Assembly (NCBI GenBank): GCA_002714185.1
Contig: PAWM01000020.1
Coordinates: 11,666 to 75,665, forward strand
From: Flavobacteriales bacterium
GTDB taxonomy: Bacteria > Bacteroidota > Bacteroidia > Flavobacteriales > TMED113
Reading direction: 5' to 3'
DNA length: 64,000 bases
The notes under the pieces are model-generated. The model searched no databases and was not told the origin of the DNA. It saw only the letters and a program-made list of their open reading frames with translations. The translations under genes and the position numbers were made by a program. Positions 50,839 through 59,950 of this stretch are shown here, piece after piece (the first letter of the stretch is position 1; each line of letters starts with the position of its first letter).

Positions 50839-52261
50839 ATGGTAGTGAGAATTTTTTTTCTAATTCTTGTACATATTGTCTAAAATCTTTGTCTGTATCT
50901 ACAAGATTATTTACAGTTTTACAGGCATGTAATACTGTTGCATGATCTTTGCCACCGCATCTTGCTCCGATATTTGCTAAAGAAGATTTAGTTAATTGTT
51001 TAGAAAAATACATTGCAAGTTGTCTTGCTTGTACAATATTTCTTTTTCTTGTTTTAGATTTCAATGTATCAATTGATAAGTCAAAATAGTCACAAATAAC
51101 CTTTTGTATATAATCAATAGATACTTCTCTTGTTGTATTTTTTACAAATCTATCAATCATTTCTCTAGCAAGTGAAATCGATATTTCTTTTTTATTTAAA
51201 GAAGCTTGGGCAAGTAAGGATATTAATGCACCTTCTAATTCTCTAATATTTGTTGAAATACTATATGCTAAATATTCTAAAACATCATTAGCTATATCAA
51301 TACCGTCAGTATGCATTTTCTTTTTTAAAATAGCAATTCTGGTTTCTAAATCAGGTTGCTGAAGATCAGCTGATAATCCCCATTTAAATCTAGATAAAAG
51401 CCTTTGTTCCATTCCAGTTAAGTCAACAGGTGGTCTATCTGATGTTAATATAATTTGTTTATTGTTTTGGTGCAAATGATTGAAAATATGGAAAAATATA
51501 TCCTGTGTTTTTTCTTTAGACGAAAAAAATTGGACATCATCAATAATAAGAGTGTCAACCATTTGATAAAAATGTGAAAAATCATTTCTCGTATTATTTC
51601 TTATAGATTCAATAAATTGCTGAGTAAATTTTTCCGCAGAAACATATAATACTGTTTTACCTGGGTGTAATTCTTTTATTTTAATTCCAATAGCATGAGC
51701 TAAATGTGTTTTTCCTAATCCCACTCCTCCATATATTAAAAGTGGATTAAATGATGTTCCTGCAGGTTTTTGTGCTACAGCAAAGCCAGCAGACCTTGCT
51801 AATCTATTACAAGATCCTTCAATAAAATTTTCAAATGAATAGTTTATATTTAGTTGAGAATTAATTTGAACTTTTTTAAGGCCAGGAATTATAAAGGGAT
51901 TTTTAAATTTTTTATCTAAAACTTGAATTGGAACTGAGTGAGCAGGATTATTGTTTAGTTTTTTATTTATACTTGGTATTTCAACTGAATAAGGAGATTT
52001 TTTATCATTATTAATAATAATATTATATAATAACTTACCCTCTTTACCAAGTTCTTTTTTTATTGCTGTCTTGATAAGGTCAATATAATTTTCTTCTAAC
52101 CACTCGTAAAAGAATTTACTTGGAACTTCTACAGTAAGTATACTTTTCTTTAATTTAATAGGACGAATTGGTGAAAACCAAGTATCATAACTTTGGCTAT
52201 TAATATTATCTTTAATAAAAGACAAGCATTTTGTCCAGACGATTTCGGGGGTTAGTTCCAT
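50837..52261 (-). CDS. dnaA: Chromosomal replication initiator protein DnaA
   Basis: 474-aa ORF. Walker A GGVGLGKTHLAHAIG, Walker B/box VII IDDVQFF, C-terminal DNA-binding helix GGKDHATVLHA. Confidence 0.96.
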   Translation of the reverse strand: MELTPEIVWTKCLSFIKDNINSQSYDTWFSPIRPIKLKKSILTVEVPSKFFYEWLEENYIDLIKTAIKKELGKEGKLLYNIIINNDKKSPYSVEIPSINKKLNNNPAHSVPIQVLDKKFKNPFIIPGLKKVQINSQLNINYSFENFIEGSCNRLARSAGFAVAQKPAGTSFNPLLIYGGVGLGKTHLAHAIGIKIKELHPGKTVLYVSAEKFTQQFIESIRNNTRNDFSHFYQMVDTLIIDDVQFFSSKEKTQDIFFHIFNHLHQNNKQIILTSDRPPVDLTGMEQRLLSRFKWGLSADLQQPDLETRIAILKKKMHTDGIDIANDVLEYLAYSISTNIRELEGALISLLAQASLNKKEISISLAREMIDRFVKNTTREVSIDYIQKVICDYFDLSIDTLKSKTRKRNIVQARQLAMYFSKQLTKSSLANIGARCGGKDHATVLHACKTVNNLVDTDKDFRQYVQELEKKFSLP

Positions 52262-52451
52262 GTATTCTTTTAAGCTTTTTTTATATTTTAAATTTAATAT
52301 TAAGCGGAAAACTTGGGTAATATTACACTTGGTCGCTTTGAAATAAAACTTGCCGTAAATGTGTGAAGAAAAAAGTTTAAAAAAAAATTTTTTTGCTATT
52401 GTTTTATATTTTTTTTAGTGCTAAATTAAAGGCGTTTGTGGAATGTTCATT

Positions 52452-53543
52452 CTATTCATGTCTAATTTGTTTATAATTTTTTTTAATGTATAATTTATCT
52501 GTACTAATACTTAGAATGTTAGTATCTTCATTTTTATAATTTAAATTTGGTGCTTTTATTCCATTAATTAATTTTTTGTTTGATACAAAAATTCTTGCTT
52601 CATCCCATAAATCATTATTTATAAAATTATTTAATAATTTAGCTCCACCTTCAATAAGAATAGATTTAATACCTTTTTTATACAAAATGTTCATCATTAT
52701 ATTTAAAATTTTGTCATTATCATAATCTTGAAAATTATGATTGATATAATTTATATATTCTATATTTTCTATTTTAGAATTTATATTTTCATTAAAAATT
52801 ATAGTCTTTGAATTTTTATTAAATATTTTCAATGATTTATTTTTTAATATATGATTTCTGTCAATTGTAATTCTTATTGGATTATCACCTTTGACTTTAC
52901 GAGTTGTTAGTTCAGGATTATCACAAGTCACCGTATTAGTGCCTACCATAATTGCATCAATTTCACTTCTCCATTTGTGTGATAATAACAAGCTATCTTT
53001 GTTACTTATTTGTGTAATTCCTTTTGAGAGTGTATTAATGAATCCATCTTTTGATTCAGCCCATTTAAGTATTATGAAAGGTCTATTAAATTTATGATTA
53101 GTAAAATATTGATAGTTAATTTTCTCACATTGATCTATTAGAACACCAACAATAACTTTTGAATGTTTTTTTAATTTACTTATTCCTCTACCATTAACTT
53201 TTTTGAATGGATCAATTGTGCCTATTACAACTTCTGGTATTTTATATTTTATTATCAGGTCCATACATGGAGGGGTTTGACCAAAATGTGAACAAGGTTC
53301 TAAATTAACATATAACGTTGATTGTTTTAATATTTTTTTATAATCTAATGGGTGTTTTTTTTTCAAATCAATTATTGCATTTTTTTCCGCATGATTACCT
53401 CCATATTTTTTATGATAACCACTCCCAATTATTTTATTTTTCAATACAATAACACATCCAACTAAAGGATTAGATTTAGTTTTATTTTTACCTAGAATAG
53501 CAAGTTCTAGGCATTTTTTCATAAATTTTATATGCTTTTTCAC
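52452..53543 (-). CDS. ribD: Bifunctional riboflavin biosynthesis protein RibD (pyrimidine deaminase / uracil reductase)
   Basis: 363-aa ORF. Deaminase zinc motifs HAEKNAI and PCSHFGQTPPC. C-terminal reductase domain (EGGAKL). Confidence 0.9.
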   Translation of the reverse strand: MKKHIKFMKKCLELAILGKNKTKSNPLVGCVIVLKNKIIGSGYHKKYGGNHAEKNAIIDLKKKHPLDYKKILKQSTLYVNLEPCSHFGQTPPCMDLIIKYKIPEVVIGTIDPFKKVNGRGISKLKKHSKVIVGVLIDQCEKINYQYFTNHKFNRPFIILKWAESKDGFINTLSKGITQISNKDSLLLSHKWRSEIDAIMVGTNTVTCDNPELTTRKVKGDNPIRITIDRNHILKNKSLKIFNKNSKTIIFNENINSKIENIEYINYINHNFQDYDNDKILNIMMNILYKKGIKSILIEGGAKLLNNFINNDLWDEARIFVSNKKLINGIKAPNLNYKNEDTNILSISTDKLYIKKNYKQIRHE

Positions 53544-53580
53544 AATTCAAAAATAATCTAATTTCTTATTATCTTTAATT

Positions 53581-54429
53581 ATGTTTAAAATTGATTACAT
53601 AAAGATAAAGTTTGAAGAATCATTGATAAATCATTATTCTGCTAATGAAATATTATCAATGTGGAATTTATGGGTGCTAAAATATATATTTAAAATATCT
53701 CAAATTGATTATATTCTTAATAGAAATTATGTGGTTTTACAACGTCATAAAAAACAGGTGGATAATTTAATTAAACATCTGCTCAAAAATCAACCAATTC
53801 AGTATTTTTTTGGTTTTACATATTTTAAAAATTTAAAAATTATTATTAACGATAATGTTTTAATTCCTAGACCTGAGACTGAAGATTTAATTGATATTTT
53901 TTTTTCACAAACTAATTTTTTTTCTTTTAAAAAGATTATTGATATAGGAACAGGTTCAGGATGTATTGCAATTGCAATTAAAAAAAAAATAGAATCTCAT
54001 GTTTATGCAATAGATATTTGTGATGAAGCTCTTAAAATTGCTAAACAAAATTCAGTTGCAAATAATGTTCAGGTTGAATATAATAAAATTGATATTTTAA
54101 ATATTAATAACCATCATTTATTGCCTAAAATTGATTGCATTGTTAGTAATCCTCCATATGTCCTTCCATTAGAAGTGCCTAATGACTCCATAATTCATTC
54201 AGAACCAAAAAATGCAATTTTTGTTCCACCTGATAATCCATTAATTTTTTATGAAGCTATAATTAAGTTTGCAAATTCTAATTTAAATTTAGGTGGAAAA
54301 ATTTTTTTAGAAATAAATCCTATACTAATTTCAGATTTAACTAATCTAATAAAAAAATATGGGTATTTTAATATCAAAATTCATAATGATTTTTATCAAA
54401 AAAAAAGATTTATAGTTGTATCTTCTTAA
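53581..54429 (+). CDS. prmC: Release-factor glutamine N5-methyltransferase
   Basis: 282-aa ORF. IPRPETE, DIGTGSGCIAIA, catalytic NPPY (VSNPPY). Confidence 0.85.
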   Translation: MFKIDYIKIKFEESLINHYSANEILSMWNLWVLKYIFKISQIDYILNRNYVVLQRHKKQVDNLIKHLLKNQPIQYFFGFTYFKNLKIIINDNVLIPRPETEDLIDIFFSQTNFFSFKKIIDIGTGSGCIAIAIKKKIESHVYAIDICDEALKIAKQNSVANNVQVEYNKIDILNINNHHLLPKIDCIVSNPPYVLPLEVPNDSIIHSEPKNAIFVPPDNPLIFYEAIIKFANSNLNLGGKIFLEINPILISDLTNLIKKYGYFNIKIHNDFYQKKRFIVVSS

Positions 54430-54433
54430 GTAT

Positions 54434-55033
54434 ATGTCAGATAATTTAATTAAAAAAAGGATTATAGAATTACAGGATTTATTAAATCGGTATAATTACC
54501 TTTATTATGTTTTAGATGCTCCAGAAGTAAGTGACTATGAATTTGATTCATTGATGTCTGAATTAATTAAATTAGAAAATCAGTATCCTGAACTCACAAA
54601 TGATTTCTCTCCCACAAATAGAGTTGGTGGTCAGCCTATTGATTCATTTAAAACAATCCCTCATAAATATCCTATGCTATCCTTGTCTAATACTTATGCT
54701 AAAAATGAGTTAGAAGAATTTGATACAAGAGTAAAAAAAATATTAAATATTGATAGTATTGATTATACGTGTGAGTATAAATATGATGGTGTTGCAATAT
54801 CTATTGTTTATGAAAATGGTATTTTAAAACATGGAGTAACTAGAGGAAATGGTATTGCTGGTGATGATGTAACTAACAATATCAAAACTATTAAATCTAT
54901 TCCGTTAAAATTATTTGGTGATTACCCTAAATTATTTGAAATAAGAGGAGAAATTTTTATAAAAAAAAATAATTTTAAAAATATAAATTATCAAATCGAA
55001 AAAAAAAAAAATAAAACTATTAGAAGATTATAA
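54434..55033 (+). CDS. ligA: NAD-dependent DNA ligase LigA, N-terminal fragment (Ia plus most of the adenylation domain); frameshifted
   Basis: MSDNLIKKRIIELQDLLNRYNYLYYVLDAPEVSDYEFD (domain Ia). Adenylation lysine motif CEYKYDGVAI. TRGNGIAGDDVT. Ends shortly after an A13 run (54999-55011). ATG at 54434 is preferred over the track start at 54416. Confidence 0.85.
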   Translation: MSDNLIKKRIIELQDLLNRYNYLYYVLDAPEVSDYEFDSLMSELIKLENQYPELTNDFSPTNRVGGQPIDSFKTIPHKYPMLSLSNTYAKNELEEFDTRVKKILNIDSIDYTCEYKYDGVAISIVYENGILKHGVTRGNGIAGDDVTNNIKTIKSIPLKLFGDYPKLFEIRGEIFIKKNNFKNINYQIEKKKNKTIRRL

Positions 55034-55055
55034 TAATAAGAAATCAAATAAAGAT

Positions 55056-56549
55056 TTGTCGATTGAAGATTTAAATAAATTACAAAAAAAATATATTGCT
55101 GAAAATAATAAATTAGAAAAGTATTCAAATGCTAGAAATTTTGCATCCGGTAGTTTAAAATTACTTGATAGTTCAAAAGTTGCAAAACGAAATTTAGATT
55201 GTGTTCTATATGCATTATATGGTGAAAATCTTCCACATGATAATCATTTAGATAACTTAGAAAAAGCAAAAAGTTGGGGTTTTAATATATCGAATAGTAT
55301 TACAGTATCTAATAATATTACTCGCCTGATGGAAAATATTAATAGAATTGATATACAAAGAAATACTTTACCTTTCGAAATTGATGGTGTAGTAATTAAA
55401 GTAAACAAAATAAGTTATCAAAATATTTTAGGTAATACAGCTAAATCACCCCGTTGGGCTATTTCTTATAAATTCAAGTCTATTCAAGCTGAAACTTTAT
55501 TAAAAAATATCACATATCAAGTTGGAAGAACTGGATGTATTACCCCAGTTGCAGAACTGTCTCCTGTAAATCTTGCAGGAAGTGTAATTAAAAGAGCTAG
55601 CTTACATAATTATGAATATATTAAAAAAATGGGATTACAAATAGGTGATACTGTAATAATTGAAAAAGGAGGTGATGTTATTCCTAAAGTTGTTTCTATT
55701 AATTTATTAAAAAGAAATAATTTATGCAGGAATATTAATTTTATTATTAATTGTCATTCCTGTGGATCTAGATTGGAAAAGAATCAAACAGAAGCAAATT
55801 TTTATTGTTTAAATATTTATAATTGTTTGCCTCAAAGAATTGGAAGTGTTGAACATTTCATTTCTAGAGATGCACTGAATATTCAAACATTAGGTTCTAA
55901 AACAATTGAACTATTATTTAAAGAATTACTTATATCAAATATTTCTGATTTATATTTTTTAAATTTAGATTCATTTATTGGTTTACCTGGTTTTGGAGAA
56001 AAATCAGGCTCTGTAAAAAAAGCTGAAAATATACTTTTTAGTATTAATGAGTCTAAAATGATTCCATTTGATAAAGTTTTATATGGTTTAGGTATTAGAT
56101 ATGTTGGTAAAACTGTTTCAAAAAAACTTGTAAATTATTTTAGGTCAATAAGTAAATTGATGGCAGCATCGTATGAAGATTTATTAGAAGTCGATGAAAT
56201 TGGTGAAAAAATAGCTCAAAGTGTAGTTGGTTTTTTCTCGAACAGTTATAATTTAAATCTCATTAATAGATTGCAAAAGGCTGGATTGTTATTTGAAATT
56301 CAAACTCATAAAAATAAATCTTATAAACTATTAAAATTATCGTTTGTTATTTCAGGATCATTTACTGTTTCAAGAGAGGATTTAAGAAATATAATTGAGG
56401 ATAATGGAGGTAAAAATATGACTTCAATTTCTTCAAAAACAAGTTTTTTAATATCTGGTGAAAAAATGGGTCTTAAGAAAAAAGAAAAGGCTATTAGATT
56501 AAATGTTCCTATAATATCTGAGTTTGAATTCTATGAAATGCTTAAATAA
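55056..56549 (+). CDS. ligA: NAD-dependent DNA ligase LigA, C-terminal fragment (end of NTase, OB, Zn finger, HhH, BRCT)
   Basis: SNARNFASGSLKLLD, FEIDGVVIKV, RWAISYKF, Cys4 CHSCGSRL...CLNIYNC, IRYVGKTVSKKL, BRCT-like FVISGSF...SISSKTSFLISGEKMG. This frame is open from 54987, through the A13 run. Confidence 0.85.
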   Translation: MSIEDLNKLQKKYIAENNKLEKYSNARNFASGSLKLLDSSKVAKRNLDCVLYALYGENLPHDNHLDNLEKAKSWGFNISNSITVSNNITRLMENINRIDIQRNTLPFEIDGVVIKVNKISYQNILGNTAKSPRWAISYKFKSIQAETLLKNITYQVGRTGCITPVAELSPVNLAGSVIKRASLHNYEYIKKMGLQIGDTVIIEKGGDVIPKVVSINLLKRNNLCRNINFIINCHSCGSRLEKNQTEANFYCLNIYNCLPQRIGSVEHFISRDALNIQTLGSKTIELLFKELLISNISDLYFLNLDSFIGLPGFGEKSGSVKKAENILFSINESKMIPFDKVLYGLGIRYVGKTVSKKLVNYFRSISKLMAASYEDLLEVDEIGEKIAQSVVGFFSNSYNLNLINRLQKAGLLFEIQTHKNKSYKLLKLSFVISGSFTVSREDLRNIIEDNGGKNMTSISSKTSFLISGEKMGLKKKEKAIRLNVPIISEFEFYEMLK

Positions 56550-56576
56550 ATTATAATAAATATTACCTTAGATTTT

Positions 56577-57128
56577 ATGTTAAATCAATTCAAATTAAAA
56601 ATAGCTTCTTTTATATTAAAGAATGAGTTTCTTAAGAATGATGAGTCACAAGAACTGATTACATTATCAAGTTCAAAAAAAATTGGTCTTTTATTTGAAG
56701 CTGACCATTCACAATCTATTCAATGTGTAAAACAACTCCTTAAGTATTTTTCAAAGTTCCATTTTTCTATTGATGCATTGGGTTTTGTAAATAGTAGAAA
56801 AGAGGACTCTGTTCATATTTCTACAATTCATATGAATTATTTTAATTTGACGGATTTAAATTTGTTCGGAATACCTAATTCTCAAAAAATTAAACAATTT
56901 TGTGAAAATGAATATGATATTTTAATTAATTTATCATTGAATAATAATTTTCAATTAAAATATTTAGCATTTACATCTAATGCAAAATATAAGGTTGGTA
57001 TCTTTGATTCAGATAAAGTGTTTAATTATGATTTGATGTTTAAATTAAAGGTTAAAACTTTAGATTATTTTATAGAACATTTGATATATTATTTAGAATT
57101 AATTGATAAAAACAATGAGAAACAATAA
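56577..57128 (+). CDS. Hypothetical protein
   Basis: 183-aa ORF with no recognisable motif. Sits immediately upstream of dapA and overlaps it. Confidence 0.45.
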   Translation: MLNQFKLKIASFILKNEFLKNDESQELITLSSSKKIGLLFEADHSQSIQCVKQLLKYFSKFHFSIDALGFVNSRKEDSVHISTIHMNYFNLTDLNLFGIPNSQKIKQFCENEYDILINLSLNNNFQLKYLAFTSNAKYKVGIFDSDKVFNYDLMFKLKVKTLDYFIEHLIYYLELIDKNNEKQ

Positions 57129-58011
57129 GTTAATAGGCACAGGAGTTGCTTTAGTTACTCCATTTAATGAGGATTATACTATAGATTTTCCGTCACTTAA
57201 AAGATTGATAGAAAATCTTCTTGAAAATAATATTGATTATTTTGTGGTAATGGGTACAACTGCTGAATCGGCTACACTCTCATTACAAGAACAAGATCAA
57301 GTGATTTACTTTGTAAATCAAATAGTAAAAAATAAAATTCCTATTGTTATTGGTGTTGGAGGTAATAACACTATGGATGTGATAGCTAGAATAAAGAATC
57401 TTGACTTATCAAATGTAGAAGCTATACTTTGTGTGTCTCCATATTATAATAAACCATCTCAAGAAGGATTAGTTTTTCATTATGAAAAAATTGCAGAAGT
57501 ATCTCCAGTAGATATAATTATGTATAATGTTCCATCTAGGACGGCAGTAAATATTGAAGTTAATACTGTAGAGTATTTATCTAATAAATATTCAAATATT
57601 ATAGCAATCAAAGAAGCATCAGGCAATATTGCTCAATGTATGGATTTGATTACGAAATGTCCTGATGACTTTATGATTATTTCAGGTGATGATAAAATGA
57701 CTTTACCTATTATTTTGTTAGGTGGTGTTGGAGTTATTTCTGTACAAGCAATGGTATTTCCATTAACTTTTAGTGACATGGTCACATCTGCATTAAATGA
57801 TAACTTTAATAATGCAAGCAAGCAGCATTATAAATTATTAAAAAGTGTTGATTTATTATATGTCGATGGTAATCCATCTGGTATTAAGGAAGCATTGTCT
57901 TTTCTTAAAATATGTAATTCAAATCAAGTTCGACTTCCTTTGGTTAAAATGAAAAAAGAGAATGCTGAAGCTCTACATAATTGCTTAAATACTTTTAGTA
58001 ATAAAAGATAA
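57115..58011 (+). CDS. dapA: 4-hydroxy-tetrahydrodipicolinate synthase
   Basis: GTGVALVTPF, GTTAESATLS, Schiff-base lysine context IAIKEASGN. ATG at 57115 is preferred over the TTG at 57103. Confidence 0.9.
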   Translation: MRNNKLIGTGVALVTPFNEDYTIDFPSLKRLIENLLENNIDYFVVMGTTAESATLSLQEQDQVIYFVNQIVKNKIPIVIGVGGNNTMDVIARIKNLDLSNVEAILCVSPYYNKPSQEGLVFHYEKIAEVSPVDIIMYNVPSRTAVNIEVNTVEYLSNKYSNIIAIKEASGNIAQCMDLITKCPDDFMIISGDDKMTLPIILLGGVGVISVQAMVFPLTFSDMVTSALNDNFNNASKQHYKLLKSVDLLYVDGNPSGIKEALSFLKICNSNQVRLPLVKMKKENAEALHNCLNTFSNKR

Positions 58012-58097
58012 TTTTTTTCGTTTTTTATATTGACTGAATACACTTTATTTAATAGCTTTGAAAATCTTATTTAGAACATAATAAAAAAATTAAGAAA

Positions 58098-59090
58098 ATG
58101 ATTACAAAAGATATAGAATTAATTGATCAAAAGATATCTAAAGAAAGTGCTTTTATTGATGATTTATTTCTTGAAATAAATAAAACAATTGTAGGTCAAG
58201 AACATATGATTGAAAGATTGTTAATTGGTTTGTTGGGTTCAGGTCACATTTTATTAGAAGGAGTCCCAGGTTTAGCAAAAACACTTGCTATAAATACACT
58301 TTCAAGTGCTATTAAAGGTAAGTTTAATCGAATTCAATTTACACCTGATTTATTACCATCTGATGTTATTGGGACTTTAGTGTATAATATTAAAGCAGGA
58401 GATTTCAGTATTAAAAAAGGACCAATTTTTGCAAATTTTATTTTAGCTGATGAAATTAATCGATCACCTGCTAAAGTGCAAAGTGCTTTACTTGAGGCAA
58501 TGCAAGAAAGACAAGTAACAATTGGAGATGAAACATATCCATTAGATAATCCTTTTTTAGTTTTAGCTACTCAAAATCCTGTTGAGCAAGAGGGGACATA
58601 TCCATTACCAGAAGCTCAAACTGATCGTTTTATGCTTAAGACTATTATTGATTATCCTAAGAAAGAAGAAGAAAAAATAATTATTAGAAATAATTTATCA
58701 GAAAAAACAACAAAAATTAAACCTGTTGTTTCAATAAAAAAAATTATTGATTCTAGAAAATTAATTAATCAGATTTATATGGATCAAAAAATTGAAAATT
58801 ATATTCTTGATATAGTATTCTCAACTAGAAATCCAAAAGAATATAATTTAAAAGATTTAGAAAATTTAATCAATTTTGGCTCTTCTCCTAGAGGAAGTAT
58901 TAATTTAGCAAAAGCTGCAAAAGTATATGCATTCATTAAAAGAAGAGGTTATGTGATACCAGAGGATGTTAGAGCAATTTGTCACGATGTACTAAGACAT
59001 AGAATTGGTTTGTCCTATGAAGCTGAAGCTGAAAATATAACTACTGAAGAGGTTATTGATAAAATTTTAAACACAATCGAAGTCCCATAA
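58098..59090 (+). CDS. MoxR-family AAA+ ATPase
   Basis: 330-aa ORF. Walker A LLEGVPGLAKT, Walker B ILADEINR, ATQNPVEQEGTYPLPEAQTDRF. Confidence 0.9.
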   Translation: MITKDIELIDQKISKESAFIDDLFLEINKTIVGQEHMIERLLIGLLGSGHILLEGVPGLAKTLAINTLSSAIKGKFNRIQFTPDLLPSDVIGTLVYNIKAGDFSIKKGPIFANFILADEINRSPAKVQSALLEAMQERQVTIGDETYPLDNPFLVLATQNPVEQEGTYPLPEAQTDRFMLKTIIDYPKKEEEKIIIRNNLSEKTTKIKPVVSIKKIIDSRKLINQIYMDQKIENYILDIVFSTRNPKEYNLKDLENLINFGSSPRGSINLAKAAKVYAFIKRRGYVIPEDVRAICHDVLRHRIGLSYEAEAENITTEEVIDKILNTIEVP

Positions 59091-59950
59091 TGGAAACATC
59101 TGAGCTATTAAAAAAAGTTCGTAAGATAGAAATTAAGACAAAAAGATTAACTAATAATCTTTTTACTGGTCAGTATCATAGTGCATTTAAAGGTAAGGGT
59201 ATGCTTTTTAGTGAGGTAAGAAAGTATGTTCCTGGTGATGATGTAAGAGATATTGACTGGAATGTAACTGCAAAATTGTCTGAACCTTATATTAAAATAT
59301 TTGAAGAGGAAAGAGAGTTAACTTTAATGCTTATGGTAGATGTGTCAGGTTCCGAATTGTTTGGTACTTCGATGCTGAAAAAGGATATTATAACTGAAAT
59401 ATGTGCAGTTCTTTCATTTTCTGCAATGCAGAATAACGACAAAGTTGGAGTGTTATTTTTTACTGATGAAATTGAGTTGTTTATTCCTCCAAAAAAAGGA
59501 AAAAAACATATATTACGTATTATACGAGAGTTAATTAATTTTAAACCTACGAGAAAAAAAACGAATATTTCTAAAGCATGTCAATACTTAAATAATATTG
59601 TCAAAAAGAAATCTATTATATTTATTTTATCTGACTTTCTTGATAATAATTTTCAACAATCATTAAATCTTTTATCAAAGAAACATGATTTAAATGGTAT
59701 AAGAGTATATGATAAATTCGAAAAAAGTCTTTTTCCTATAGGCTTAAGTTTGTTTTTTGATCCAGAAACTGATTCACATCTTTGGGTAGATACAGCCGAT
59801 AAAGAAGTTAGAAATAATATTCAAAAATCTTTTTATGATAAAGAGATTTATTGTAAAAAATCATTTTTAAAAACAGGTGGCTCAATTGTTGATATATCAA
59901 CAAATGAATCATATGTTGTCAAATTATTAGAGTTATTTAAGAAAAAATGA
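59090..59950 (+). CDS. DUF58 domain protein (MoxR partner)
   Basis: 286-aa ORF. GDDVRDIDWNVTAKL motif. VWA-like MVDVSGS. Start overlaps the moxR stop (TAATG). Confidence 0.8.
   Translation: METSELLKKVRKIEIKTKRLTNNLFTGQYHSAFKGKGMLFSEVRKYVPGDDVRDIDWNVTAKLSEPYIKIFEEERELTLMLMVDVSGSELFGTSMLKKDIITEICAVLSFSAMQNNDKVGVLFFTDEIELFIPPKKGKKHILRIIRELINFKPTRKKTNISKACQYLNNIVKKKSIIFILSDFLDNNFQQSLNLLSKKHDLNGIRVYDKFEKSLFPIGLSLFFDPETDSHLWVDTADKEVRNNIQKSFYDKEIYCKKSFLKTGGSIVDISTNESYVVKLLELFKKK

Noticed and set aside
53544-53580. FMN riboswitch expected upstream of riboflavin genes (ribD; also ribH at 24709-24714)
   Set aside because: The upstream spacers are 37 nt and 6 nt, far too short for an FMN aptamer, and no conserved aptamer sequence is visible.
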